A stretch of 64,000 nt of DNA from an uncultured Gemmatimonadota bacterium (GTDB lineage: Bacteria > JAAXHH01), in contig OX638340.1 of NCBI GenBank assembly GCA_951812955.1, forward strand, positions 1,504,001 to 1,568,000, in the 5' to 3' direction. The notes under the pieces were generated by a model. The model had not been told where the DNA came from. It saw nothing but the letters and a program-made list of their open reading frames with translations, and did no database searches. Position 1 is the first letter of the stretch. Every line of letters starts with the position of its first letter. Shown here one piece after another: positions 16,981-25,841 of this stretch. The translations under genes were made by a program, and so were the position numbers.

Positions 16981-17823
16981 ATGAAACTAGGCTATTCCAC
17001 GTGGGGCATGCCCACAGTCGAAATGGACGAAGCGGTGCCCCATCTGGCGGGGTTGGGATATGACGGTATCGAAATCACCGTCATCCCGGGCTATACTACG
17101 GAACTGGGAACGCTGGACACCAAAGAACGGCGGCGGATCCGGGGCCTGTTCGAGCGGCACGGCGTGGAGATGCCCGCCATCGCCGGGCACACCAGCCTCC
17201 TCGATCCCGACGTGCGCCAACACGCTGCCAACATGAGGCGGCTCAAGGATACCGTGGTACTCGCCGCGGACCTGACCATGAACCATCTCGTGCCCTGCCT
17301 GGATACCACGCCCGGCGGCCGGCCGGAGGACTGGCCGGACGTCCGTGACCGCCTGCTGAACGAGGTGGGAGATCTCGTGGACTTCGGCGGGCGCCACGGC
17401 GTGGTCATCGCCATGGAGCCCCACATCGGCTGCTGCCTGTGCGACGTGGAGCGGACCCTCTGGCTGCTCGATCAGATCGATTCCGAATACCTGAAACTCA
17501 ACTACGACATCAGCCATTTCGACGTGGCCGGCGTACCCACCGCGGAAAGCGTGGCGGCCCTGGCGCCCCACACCATACACACCCACGTAAAGGATCAGCG
17601 AGGCCGGGCGCCGGACTTCGAGTTCCTGATCCCCGGCGAGGGCGATTTCGACTACGTGGAATACCTGGACGCCATGAACGCGGCGGGATACGACGATTAC
17701 ATCACCGTGGAAGTCAGCATGATGGTGCAGCAGCGGGAGGATTACGATCCCCTCGACGCCGCCGCACTGGCCTGCCGCACCCTGGAGGCGGCCTTCGAGG
17801 CGTCCCAGGCGGTCCGGACATAG
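16981..17823 (+). CDS. Sugar phosphate isomerase/epimerase (xylose-isomerase-like TIM barrel; IolE/IolI-type)
   Basis: The start is MKLGYSTWGMPTVEMDEAVPHLAGLGYDGIEI…, with typical conserved positions of the AP-endonuclease-2/xylose-isomerase-like family. The product is 280 aa. Track ORF 16900..17823 over-extends into the repeat array. Confidence 0.8.
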   Translation: MKLGYSTWGMPTVEMDEAVPHLAGLGYDGIEITVIPGYTTELGTLDTKERRRIRGLFERHGVEMPAIAGHTSLLDPDVRQHAANMRRLKDTVVLAADLTMNHLVPCLDTTPGGRPEDWPDVRDRLLNEVGDLVDFGGRHGVVIAMEPHIGCCLCDVERTLWLLDQIDSEYLKLNYDISHFDVAGVPTAESVAALAPHTIHTHVKDQRGRAPDFEFLIPGEGDFDYVEYLDAMNAAGYDDYITVEVSMMVQQREDYDPLDAAALACRTLEAAFEASQAVRT

Positions 17824-17984
17824 TCTGGACTAGTGATATCCTGGACGGCGCGGTAGCCTGGACGCGCGAAATTTAAAAGTTGTTTGAAGTCTATCGTGGT
17901 ATGTAGGGGTATGTATAGGTATAATACATGATCATTGCACGTAATGATCGTGACGACCATCATCCTTCGAGGAGGCATCAAAGC

Positions 17985-18398
17985 ATGTACGATCCTGTAC
18001 TCGTTGAACCCATGCGCCGGGAACTGACGGACCTGGGCGTGGAAGAGTTGAAGACCGCCGGCGAAGTGGACGACCTGTTGGAGGTGCATGAGGGTACCGC
18101 GCTGGTCGTGGTCAATTCCGTCTGCGGGTGCGCGGCGGCAAATGCCCGGCCGGGCGTCGCCATGGCCCTGCAGAACCGGAAGAAGCCGGACCGGATCACC
18201 ACGGTGTTCGCGGGCATGGACCTGGAGGCCACAAGCAAGGCGCGGGATTACTTCAAGGGTTTTTTCCCGTCATCGCCGCAGATCGCGCTGATGAAGGACG
18301 GCAAGGTGGCGTTCATGCTCGAACGCCATGACATCGAGGGCCGGACGGCACTCGACGTGGCACAGCGTCTGATGATGGCTTTCAACGAACACTGCTGA
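17985..18398 (+). CDS. DUF1094 / BrxA-BrxB (YphP/YqiW) family thioredoxin-like protein with a CGC active-site motif (bacilliredoxin-like)
   Basis: The VVVNSVCGCAA motif (CGC) sits at the position of the bacilliredoxin redox centre. The length of 137 aa fits the family, and an RBS GAGGAGG lies at 17969-17975. Track ORF 17928..18398 over-extends the N-terminus. Confidence 0.75.
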   Translation: MYDPVLVEPMRRELTDLGVEELKTAGEVDDLLEVHEGTALVVVNSVCGCAAANARPGVAMALQNRKKPDRITTVFAGMDLEATSKARDYFKGFFPSSPQIALMKDGKVAFMLERHDIEGRTALDVAQRLMMAFNEHC

Positions 18399-18412
18399 GC
18401 ACCGGGAAGGAC

Positions 18413-18811
18413 CTACTCCTTCTCGTATTCCGCCGTGCAGACCGTGTGGATGCCGCCCCGGATCCGGTAGTCGGTGCTTACCGTCATGCGGACAGGACGC
18501 ACCGCGGCGACGAGGTCGTCGAGGATTCGGCGCGTGACGTGCTCCTGCACCATCCCGACGGTCCGGTAGGAGAGCAGGTAGTACTTGTAGGACCGCAATT
18601 CGAGGACCTTCTCGTCCGGCACGTAGGAAACGATGATCTCACCGAAGTCGGGAAGCCCCGTCCAGGGGCAGACCGCCGTAAACTCGTCCGTATCGATATC
18701 CACATCGAGGGGATCGCCCTTTGATTCGTAGGGGAAGGTCTCCAGGACCTTGGGGTTGATGGCCTCGGGGCCGTCGAAGTCGAACTGCTTCTGTCGGGGT
18801 TCGATGTTCAT
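18413..18811 (-). CDS. queF: NADPH-dependent 7-cyano-7-deazaguanine (preQ0) reductase QueF, type I
   Basis: The length is 132 aa. The catalytic Cys context is FTAVCPWTGLPDFG and the QueF motif is ELRSYKYYL. An RBS GAGGG is present. The start lies 8 nt after the stop of the upstream gene. Confidence 0.85.
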   Translation of the reverse strand: MNIEPRQKQFDFDGPEAINPKVLETFPYESKGDPLDVDIDTDEFTAVCPWTGLPDFGEIIVSYVPDEKVLELRSYKYYLLSYRTVGMVQEHVTRRILDDLVAAVRPVRMTVSTDYRIRGGIHTVCTAEYEKE

Positions 18812-18819
18812 TTAATCCC

Positions 18820-20016
18820 TCACACCCTTCCCGTGATATCCAGCGCGTCCGGATCGATACTGCCGCCCTCCGGGTGGGAGGAAAGCGGCCTGTAGGGCAT
18901 TTCCGTGTAAGAAGTATACGCGACATCCAGCCAGGGCGTTTCAATCCGCCTGTGGCCTTCGTACCGGCTGTTCATCACGGCATCGATGACGCCAGTGACC
19001 AACAGGGTCCGCTCGGGCGGGTAAGGCGGGGTGCCTGACAGGAAGAACTGCTGAATGTTGTGGCATAGATATCCGAAGTGGGCGTGATTCCCCTCCCGGA
19101 CCAGGTTGAAGCAGGCAGCCTGCACCTGTCCGGCGACCCGGGCGGCATAGGCCCAGGTTTCAATATAGCCCCCGAGCATGAGGGTCGTCGTGCGAAGGCC
19201 ATCGTTTCGTTCCACCAGGAAGGCCGCCGGTTCCTTGGCGTGCTCTGTTGGCGAACCCTCGGGCTTGCCTGGTATGGCGTCCAGGGCCGCTTCCATCAGG
19301 TCACGCGACCACTGCCCCTCGTCGCAGGCCCGCCACATCTCGTCGCCTTCCAGGCACTGTACCGAAGCCACGCCCGTCTCACCCCCGCGGCGCCGCTCGA
19401 CCATACACTGCAGCGCCTCCAGGGTGTGATATCCGTATGATTCGATCCCACCGAACCCCACGGTGAGCGCTTCCTCGATATCGGTCTCCAGGTCGTGCTC
19501 AAGCCACGGGTTCCGCCAGGCGAGCGGCAGGGAGGAACCGGCCATCAAGGGGATTTTCAACTCCTCCGCCCGGTTCCACATCCACTGCGCGTCCCTGTAA
19601 TCGTATGCCAGGTGCTTGTCGCTGAATACGGGTACGGAGCGGCCGCTCTCGCCGAAAACGCCGGCGATCTGCTCGAAGAAGAACCGCCTCGGATACATGT
19701 GGCGGTCCCGTTCGTTCCACGGGTAATCGCCGTGCTCCCCAATGAGCAGCACCGCGTCCACCCCGAGACTTTCCCCGCCGGCGTGCAGCGCCCTTCGGAT
19801 GCTCGGGTAGACGGGCACGCCGAACTTCTCGGCCAGTTTCAGGCCGATGTCGTTCTCGAGGACATGGTCGATATAGAGGGATACGACGTCCACTTCGGGA
19901 GCGATGTACCCCTCGTCAACCGACCAGCCCTTCAGGAACTTGGAGACGATGACGTCCGCGTGGGCGCCGGGGTGATAGATGGTGCAGATAGCGGCGACGC
20001 GCAGCCGTTTCGACAT
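18820..20016 (-). CDS. Conserved hypothetical protein (398 aa) co-transcribed between the inositol-phosphate synthase gene and queF
   Basis: The long ORF has good coding GC and codon bias. Its RBS GGGAG lies 10 nt after the MIPS stop. The N-terminus LRVAAICTIYHPGAHADVIV is Rossmann-like but lacks a GxGxxG. I recognise no confident family. Confidence 0.65.
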   Translation of the reverse strand: MSKRLRVAAICTIYHPGAHADVIVSKFLKGWSVDEGYIAPEVDVVSLYIDHVLENDIGLKLAEKFGVPVYPSIRRALHAGGESLGVDAVLLIGEHGDYPWNERDRHMYPRRFFFEQIAGVFGESGRSVPVFSDKHLAYDYRDAQWMWNRAEELKIPLMAGSSLPLAWRNPWLEHDLETDIEEALTVGFGGIESYGYHTLEALQCMVERRRGGETGVASVQCLEGDEMWRACDEGQWSRDLMEAALDAIPGKPEGSPTEHAKEPAAFLVERNDGLRTTTLMLGGYIETWAYAARVAGQVQAACFNLVREGNHAHFGYLCHNIQQFFLSGTPPYPPERTLLVTGVIDAVMNSRYEGHRRIETPWLDVAYTSYTEMPYRPLSSHPEGGSIDPDALDITGRV

Positions 20017-20026
20017 GGATGCTCCC

Positions 20027-21181
20027 TTAGCTCGCGGGGACCGGCTCTTCCACCGGCGCCTCGACGGGAGTCTCCGCGGGCGTTTCGGCGGGCGTTCCGG
20101 TCTTCTCGCCGTATTCCTCGATGAACTCCTCCACCAGGCGGTGGCACACGTCGTCGGCGTACTGCTCGGGCGGGGACTTCATGAAGTAGGACGAGGGACC
20201 GAGCTGGGGTCCGCTGAGGCCGTTGTCCAGGGCCAGCTTGCAGCAGCGCACCGCGTCGATGACCACGCCGGCCGAGTTGGGCGAATCCCAGACTTCCAGC
20301 TTGAGCTCCAGGTTCAGCGGCACGCCGCCGAAGGTCTCGCCTTCCATGCGGATGTGGCACCACTTCCGGTCTTCCAGCCACGGCACGTGATCGCTGGGGC
20401 CCACGTGGATGTTGTCCTCGCCCATGTCGTAGCTGAGCTGGGAAGTGACCGCGTTGGTCTTGCTGATCTTCTTCGACTCGAGCCGCGACCGCTCCAGCAT
20501 GTTGTAGAAGTCGGTGTTACCGCCGAAGTTGAGCTGGTAGGAGCGCAGGACCTTGACGCCGCGGTCCGCGAAGAGGCGGGTCAGCACGCGGTGGGTGATG
20601 GTGGCGCCCACCTGGGACTTGATGTCGTCGCCGATGATAGGCAGGCCGTGCTTGCGGAAACGCTCCGGCCAGTGGCCCGTGCTGGCGATGAAGACCGGGA
20701 CGCAGTTCACGAAACCGCATCCGGCCTGCAGGATCTGCTCCACGTACCATTTGGTGGCTTCCTCGCTGCCCACGGGCAGGTAGCTCACCACCACGTCAGT
20801 CTTCGTGTCCTTGAGCACCTCGACCACGTCGACGGTGTCGCCGTCGTCCTTCTCGATGACCTCGCTCAGGTATTTGCCGAGTCCGTCGTGGGTCATGCCC
20901 CGCTGCACCGGCACGTCCAGGTTCGGCACGTCGGCGAACTTCACCGTGTTGTTGGGTTGGGCGAAGATGGCTTCGCTCAGGTCCTTGCCAACCTTTTCAG
21001 CCCCTACGTCGAAGGCGGCCGAAAACTCCACGTCGTTGATGTGATAACCGCCCAGGCTGGCGTGCATCAGACCGGGTATAAACTCGTCCTTTGCGGCGTT
21101 CCGGTAGTATTCCACACCTTGCACCAGAGATGAGGCACAGTTGCCCACGCCGACTATGGCGACTCTTACTTTGCTGCTCAT
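20027..21181 (-). CDS. ino1: myo-Inositol-1-phosphate synthase (inositol-3-phosphate synthase, Ino1 family)
   Basis: The start is [22 protein letters not shown] (the NAD-binding GxGxxxS motif of MIPS). The length is about 384 aa. The tail [24 protein letters not shown] is a low-complexity repeat. The likely start is ATG at 21181 (RBS GGGGA). Track ORF 20027..21253 has a 24-aa upstream extension. Confidence 0.8.
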   Translation of the reverse strand: MSSKVRVAIVGVGNCASSLVQGVEYYRNAAKDEFIPGLMHASLGGYHINDVEFSAAFDVGAEKVGKDLSEAIFAQPNNTVKFADVPNLDVPVQRGMTHDGLGKYLSEVIEKDDGDTVDVVEVLKDTKTDVVVSYLPVGSEEATKWYVEQILQAGCGFVNCVPVFIASTGHWPERFRKHGLPIIGDDIKSQVGATITHRVLTRLFADRGVKVLRSYQLNFGGNTDFYNMLERSRLESKKISKTNAVTSQLSYDMGEDNIHVGPSDHVPWLEDRKWCHIRMEGETFGGVPLNLELKLEVWDSPNSAGVVIDAVRCCKLALDNGLSGPQLGPSSYFMKSPPEQYADDVCHRLVEEFIEEYGEKTGTPAETPAETPVEAPVEEPVPAS

Positions 21182-21253
21182 GAATTCCCCGCTTTCCTTT
21201 CCGACACCGGGCCCGCGCCACGCGCTTCCGGTTAAATGAGACAGATTAAACAT

Positions 21254-21458
21254 CTATGGTCACTGGTACATAAGAAACCTAGAATTCAGTATAACTCAAA
21301 TAAATAATTGTTATATTATCTATAGAAATTATCTATAATTAGGCGGAACGCCCCGCTGCGCCGGTCACGGCTTGGTCCTGGCGTGCAACCAGGAAAAGCA
21401 ATCGACATGAGATCGAACCAGCAACGTGCTGAAAAAGTAAGGAGCGAATACAAAAGGA
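21254..21458. promoter_or_regulatory. AT-rich divergent promoter region between ino1 and the LysR gene, containing a tandem 13-bp repeat with an LTTR-box-like T-N11-A dyad (ATTATCTATAGAA / ATTATCTATAATT)
   Basis: attatctata occurs at 21316-21325 and again at 21329-21338. TAGAAATTATCTA is a T-N11-A element with TAGA/TCTA dyad symmetry. The region's GC is far below the genome background. Confidence 0.45.
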
Positions 21459-22400
21459 GTGAACACCATGAACCTGTATTACCTTCAGTACTTCCTGGCG
21501 GTCGCACGGCGCGAGAGTTTCTCGAAAGCGGCGCGGGACATGCACGTCACGCAGCCGACGGTAAGCAACGGCGTACGGGAACTGGAAGACACGTTGGGCG
21601 TGAAGCTGTTCAACCGCGGAAGCCGGCACGTTTCGTTGACCATGGAGGGGAGAGCGCTCGTAAACTACGCCGTTCGCATCCAGGACCTCGTCGAGGAAGC
21701 GGAAAACCGCCTGGCCAGCGGAGACGTCCTGCCCGGCGAGGGATTCACCTTCGGCGCCACCGATGCCGCGGTGACCTACCTGCTCACCGACATCCTGAAG
21801 CGCTACGTGCAGCGGTACCCGGAACTGGAACTGTCCGTCCACGTTTCGCCGTCCCAGTACCTGGTGGAGGAACTGCTGGCCAACCGTTCGGAGTTCGCAC
21901 TGATCACGCTGCCCTATTCCCATCCGAGGATCGAGACCATGTCCATTTACCACGACTCCATGCCGCTCGTGGTCGGCGGCGGCCATCCTTTCGCCGGACT
22001 GACGTCGGTCTCGCTGACGGAGGTCGCGGAGCAGCCGCTGATCCTGTTCCACGAAGATTCCGTGTCGCGACGGATCGTGGACGAACGTTTCGCCGAGGTG
22101 GGCGTTTCTCCGCGCGTCGTCATGGAGATGCGAAGTCCCGAAGCCATGCGAAAGCTTGTGGAAGCCCGCGTGGGCATTTCCTTCCTGCCGTCACTGACGA
22201 TCCAGGAATCGATTGCGTCGGGCACGCTCCACGAGGTCCCCGTGGAGGGCGTCGCGTTCAGCCGCGATATCGGCGTGGCGTGGCGCCGAGGGCGGTACTT
22301 CAGTCCGGCCCTGGGCGTTCTGCTGGAAGATATCTTTGAGCGTTACGGTGAGGGGAAGGCGTGGGCGAAGCGGCAAAACTCCGACCTGGCGACGAATTGA
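21459..22400 (+). CDS. LysR family transcriptional regulator
   Basis: The N-terminal HTH is LYYLQYFLAVARRESFSKAARDMHVTQPTVSNGVRELEDTLGVKLFNR. The C-terminal substrate-binding domain is typical. The alternative start is M at 21468. Confidence 0.9.
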   Translation: MNTMNLYYLQYFLAVARRESFSKAARDMHVTQPTVSNGVRELEDTLGVKLFNRGSRHVSLTMEGRALVNYAVRIQDLVEEAENRLASGDVLPGEGFTFGATDAAVTYLLTDILKRYVQRYPELELSVHVSPSQYLVEELLANRSEFALITLPYSHPRIETMSIYHDSMPLVVGGGHPFAGLTSVSLTEVAEQPLILFHEDSVSRRIVDERFAEVGVSPRVVMEMRSPEAMRKLVEARVGISFLPSLTIQESIASGTLHEVPVEGVAFSRDIGVAWRRGRYFSPALGVLLEDIFERYGEGKAWAKRQNSDLATN

Positions 22401-22454
22401 CCGCGATAGAACGGGAACCTGGCGTCGATACGCCCGCGGTCCAGGTGGCGAGGG

Positions 22455-22949
22455 TCAGTCGTAGGCGTTCAGTTCGGCGTCGATCCGGTTACGGTGGCGA
22501 GGGTCGGTCGTAGGCCCGCTCGCGGCAACCGGGGCGGCGCGATTGACTCGTCCGGAACGCCATCGGCGCAGCGTAAAGAAGATGACCCCGGCGCCGGTCA
22601 GGAACATGAGCGGCGTAAAGAGGTAGGCCATCCGGTTGAATCCGGCATTGGGCGGGGAGGAGAGGATGCGTTCCCCGTAGATCGCCTTATAATGGTCCAG
22701 GATATCCTCTTGCGTCTTCCCTTCGACGAGCATCTGACGGAGATCCTCTTTCATTTTCTCCGCCGTGCCGGAGTAGTGCTGACTGAGCGGCGCCCGCCAG
22801 CAGCAGGGCGCGATCAGCCGCTCTTCGACTGCTTCCGCGACCAGTTCCCGGCCTTCGTCCAAGACCGCGTCAACCCTTGCAATGGACGTGCCTGGCATGG
22901 CCAGGATGGCCAGTATTGGAAGTATGAGAAAGAAAGAGGCTCGTCGCAT
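22455..22949 (-). CDS. CcmH/NrfF/CycL-family cytochrome c biogenesis protein homologue with a non-canonical APCCW motif in place of LRCxxC
   Basis: The signal peptide is MRRASFFLILPILAILAMPGTSIA. The core RLIAPCCWRAPLSQHYSGTAEKMKEDLRQMLVEGKTQEDILDHYKAIYGERIL aligns with the E. coli CcmH core (LRCPKCQNNSIADSN…LRQKVYELMQEGKSKKEIVDYMVARYGNFV). A C-terminal TM is present. Confidence 0.65.
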   Translation of the reverse strand: MRRASFFLILPILAILAMPGTSIARVDAVLDEGRELVAEAVEERLIAPCCWRAPLSQHYSGTAEKMKEDLRQMLVEGKTQEDILDHYKAIYGERILSSPPNAGFNRMAYLFTPLMFLTGAGVIFFTLRRWRSGRVNRAAPVAASGPTTDPRHRNRIDAELNAYD

Positions 22950-23300
22950 GGGTCCAACCTGTAAGGTAGAGGATCTAGCTTATTGTAACAATGAATCCGG
23001 ACGTCATCAAGCAGTGCTCGTACTTTATTCAGAGGTTCCGATGCAGAAATGCGGGCCGAGCCGAAACGTGCGGCTCAAGTCCTCACTGGATTTACTAATT
23101 AAAATACAAGGTAATGGTTCAGCTGTCAATCCACCTTATCATCCGGATGATATATGTATTAGTAGGATGTTGTCCACTAATCTCGAGTTTTAAACCTGTA
23201 TGCTCAATCCGTCCGAGCAGAACCGGATAGATTGGCGCCGGAACACGCGAATTCCATTGACCTTACAGGCAACGGTCTTCCTTTTCTGTGGCGAAATTCA

Positions 23301-23369
23301 CGGGACCGCGTAGTTTATCGCGGGATTGCGCAGTTTATCGCGGGACCGCGTAGTTTACCGCGGGACCGG
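23301..23369. repeat. Intergenic 20-bp tandem direct repeat x3.4 (CGGGACCGCGTAGTTTATCG) about 45 nt upstream of the MFS-HEAT gene
   Basis: cgggaccgcgtagtttatcg (23301-23320), cgggattgcgcagtttatcg (23321-23340), cgggaccgcgtagtttaccg (23341-23360), cgggaccgg (23361-23369). Confidence 0.75.
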
Positions 23370-23412
23370 TCGAGGCCCATAGTAATAAGGACGGCCAACG
23401 GAGCTTCCCATC

Positions 23413-25686
23413 ATGCTGTCACGGGGCGAAGTCAACCGATCGCTACGATCATTTATCGTCGTGAGAGGACTGTGGGGCGCCTGGGGCCAGATGGTCGGCA
23501 CGAATACAGCCGTCTTCGCGGGTTTCGTGCTATCCCTTGGAGCGGACGCCTCGGACATCGCCTTCTACTCTGCGATCGCCTCGATCCTCGCCCCGGTACA
23601 GATCATCTCGTCCCTCTTCAGCAAGACCATCGAGAATAAAAAAAGCTGGGTCGTCTGGAACGGTGTGCTGGAAGCGCTGTTCCGGGGGCTCATGATCACC
23701 ATCCCCTTTCTCTTTGTCGAATCGCTGCACCAGCGGATGCTGCTCATCTTCCTGGTCGCCGGGCTGACTGCGGGATATATCTACACGCCATTCTACTCGA
23801 GCTGGGTCGCCGGCACCGTCCCGGAGAATATCCGTGCTCGATTCACGAGCCGGCAGACCATCGTCCAGAGTCTCGTGGGTGCGGTGGTAGGCGTAATGAC
23901 GGGCCGCTTCGTGGACTGGTTTCCCGATGATGAGAAGCTCCTGGCCTTCGTGGTGGTATTTGCCGTGGGGACCCTCTGCGGCGCCGCTGGGCCCCTGTTT
24001 CTCAAACGTACGCCCTACCCGTCCCGCGTCGACGAGTCCGAAGCCCAAAATCCACTGCGTCATCTGTTGCAGCCCTTTCGCGACCCGAACTTTCGCCGAC
24101 TGGTCATGTTCTACTCATCCTGGCAGTTCGCCCTGGGACTCTCCGGACCGCTTTTCAGCGTTTTCATGCTCGACCGCCTGGGATTCGGCTATACTGCCAT
24201 CTCCCTGCTGAGCGCCCTGGGCACGTTGGCTACCATCGCGGGATACCGTGCCTGGAGCGTGATCATCGATCGTTTCGGAAGCAAGCCGGTCCTCCAGATC
24301 CTCATCATCCCCGGTGCGCTGAACGCCTTCCTCTGGGGGCTGTGCCAGCCCGGTAACCACGCCATGGTCGCCATCGCCATGTTGCTCTCCGGGCTGATCA
24401 TGGGCGGCATCAACCTGGGCGTCACGCCCCTCCAGTACGCACTGCTCCCTAAAGAGAACCAGGACGAGCGAGTCGCCTACATGGCTTCGTGGTCCACGAC
24501 GATCAATCTGCTCTACGCCGCCGGGCCCCTCCTTGGCGGCATCCTGGTGGCATCGCTCACGAGCGTCCGCTTCACCGTGGGCGGGTTCCTGATCCAGGAC
24601 ATCAATCTCCTGTTCTTCCTGAGCGGAATCATGCGTTTCGTACCGCTGTTCCTGCTCCGCGCGGTGCGCGACGCCCGTTCCATTTCGTCCCAGCAACTCC
24701 TTTCGAACATGTTTCGCGGCAACCTGCTGAGTTACACCTTCAATTATATCGTATTCAACGTGGCCACGGCCGAGGACCGGCGGGCACGGGCGGCCTACAG
24801 ACTGGGCCGTTCAAGGAACCCGATGGCAACCGACCACCTGGTCCAGGCCCTGTCCGACGCCAGCTCCAAGGTACGCCGGCAGGCGGCGCGGGCCCTGGGG
24901 GAGACCGGATCGGAAACGGCGGTCGACACCCTGATCAGGGAGCTTGAAAGTCCCTCCTCGGACATTCGGAGCGAAGCAGCCGAGGCGCTCGGCCGGCTGA
25001 GGCATGCAAAGGCGGTGGACCCGCTGGTGGAGGCCCTGGAAGACGAAGATCCCCGTGTTCGGATCAGCGCCATTTCCGGCCTTGGGCAGATAGAGGGCGA
25101 CGACGTGCAGGAACTGTTGTTCTGGCACTTTTCGAACAACGTCGACCCACTGACCTTCCCTACGCTCGTCGAGGCCCTGAGTCACCGCGAAGATTACCGC
25201 ATCATCAAACCGACCTTCGACCGGCTCGGGTCGTTTACTTCTCCCGCGGTGCGCCTGCAACTTCTCAACAACATCTGCCATACGCTCGGGGCGGGAGACC
25301 GATTCTACAAGCTGCTGTCCATGGAGGAGAACGAGCGTTACGGCGCACTGGAAACCATGATCAAACGCACCGTCTCCCGGCTCACGGAGTCGAAGGCCGT
25401 TCCTGAAGATACGCGACGGGGCGTGGAAAGCCTGTTCGTGCTGTTCACCCAGGCCTACGAGCGCAATGACGTGGAAGCCATGATGGAACAGGCCCGCATG
25501 CTTGCGGCACTCATTCGCGACAGCCACCCCGTAGTCGAACAAAGCCCGGTTGACACCCTGTCGGTGTACCTTATCATCATGACAATGAACCACTTTATCG
25601 ACAGCGATGCCCACCACGACCTGCCCGGTGCGCAGGAGATCTTTCTGGCGGTGTGCATGCGGCGGATCGCCACGCTGGTGAACTGA
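23413..25686 (+). CDS. Fusion protein: N-terminal MFS-type transporter (about 12 TM) plus C-terminal PBS-lyase/HEAT-repeat domain
   Basis: Residues 1 to about 460 are hydrophobic with 12 predicted TM helices and MFS-like loops. Residues about 470-757 carry repeated HEAT-like units (SKVRRQAARALGETGSETAVDTLIRELESPSSDIRSEAAEALGRLRHAKAVDPLVEALEDEDPRVRISAISGLGQI). The ORF is one continuous 757-aa frame, with an RBS AACGGAG. Confidence 0.75.
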   Translation: MLSRGEVNRSLRSFIVVRGLWGAWGQMVGTNTAVFAGFVLSLGADASDIAFYSAIASILAPVQIISSLFSKTIENKKSWVVWNGVLEALFRGLMITIPFLFVESLHQRMLLIFLVAGLTAGYIYTPFYSSWVAGTVPENIRARFTSRQTIVQSLVGAVVGVMTGRFVDWFPDDEKLLAFVVVFAVGTLCGAAGPLFLKRTPYPSRVDESEAQNPLRHLLQPFRDPNFRRLVMFYSSWQFALGLSGPLFSVFMLDRLGFGYTAISLLSALGTLATIAGYRAWSVIIDRFGSKPVLQILIIPGALNAFLWGLCQPGNHAMVAIAMLLSGLIMGGINLGVTPLQYALLPKENQDERVAYMASWSTTINLLYAAGPLLGGILVASLTSVRFTVGGFLIQDINLLFFLSGIMRFVPLFLLRAVRDARSISSQQLLSNMFRGNLLSYTFNYIVFNVATAEDRRARAAYRLGRSRNPMATDHLVQALSDASSKVRRQAARALGETGSETAVDTLIRELESPSSDIRSEAAEALGRLRHAKAVDPLVEALEDEDPRVRISAISGLGQIEGDDVQELLFWHFSNNVDPLTFPTLVEALSHREDYRIIKPTFDRLGSFTSPAVRLQLLNNICHTLGAGDRFYKLLSMEENERYGALETMIKRTVSRLTESKAVPEDTRRGVESLFVLFTQAYERNDVEAMMEQARMLAALIRDSHPVVEQSPVDTLSVYLIIMTMNHFIDSDAHHDLPGAQEIFLAVCMRRIATLVN

Positions 25687-25841
25687 CAGCGGGTATCTAC
25701 AGAAGCGATCAACGTAGGGGATTGGCGTAATTGGAATAGAAATGGATCGAAAGTATGGTTCGAAGGAGAGGATCAAAAAGGGATCGGCAAAATGAAAAAA
25801 CAAATGGATGGATTCCGTGACCCGGAAGCGGCGGGTAAACC

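Noticed and set aside
16458-16982. 174-aa minus-strand ORF covering the tandem repeat array
   Set aside because: Its translation (…LPHLNLASAGSAAPQAALPHLNLVSTQ…) is just the repeat read in protein space. It also overlaps the 3' end of the real Gfo/Idh/MocA gene.
19979-21133. 384-aa plus-strand ORF antisense to ino1
   Set aside because: It is a shadow ORF. The minus-strand product is an unmistakable MIPS.
22882-23193. 103-aa plus-strand ORF in the low-GC spacer after the CcmH-like gene
   Set aside because: It overlaps the CcmH-like gene's 5' end on the opposite strand. It has no RBS or homology and no coding-like composition. The region is more likely non-coding, and I could not confirm a possible ncRNA.
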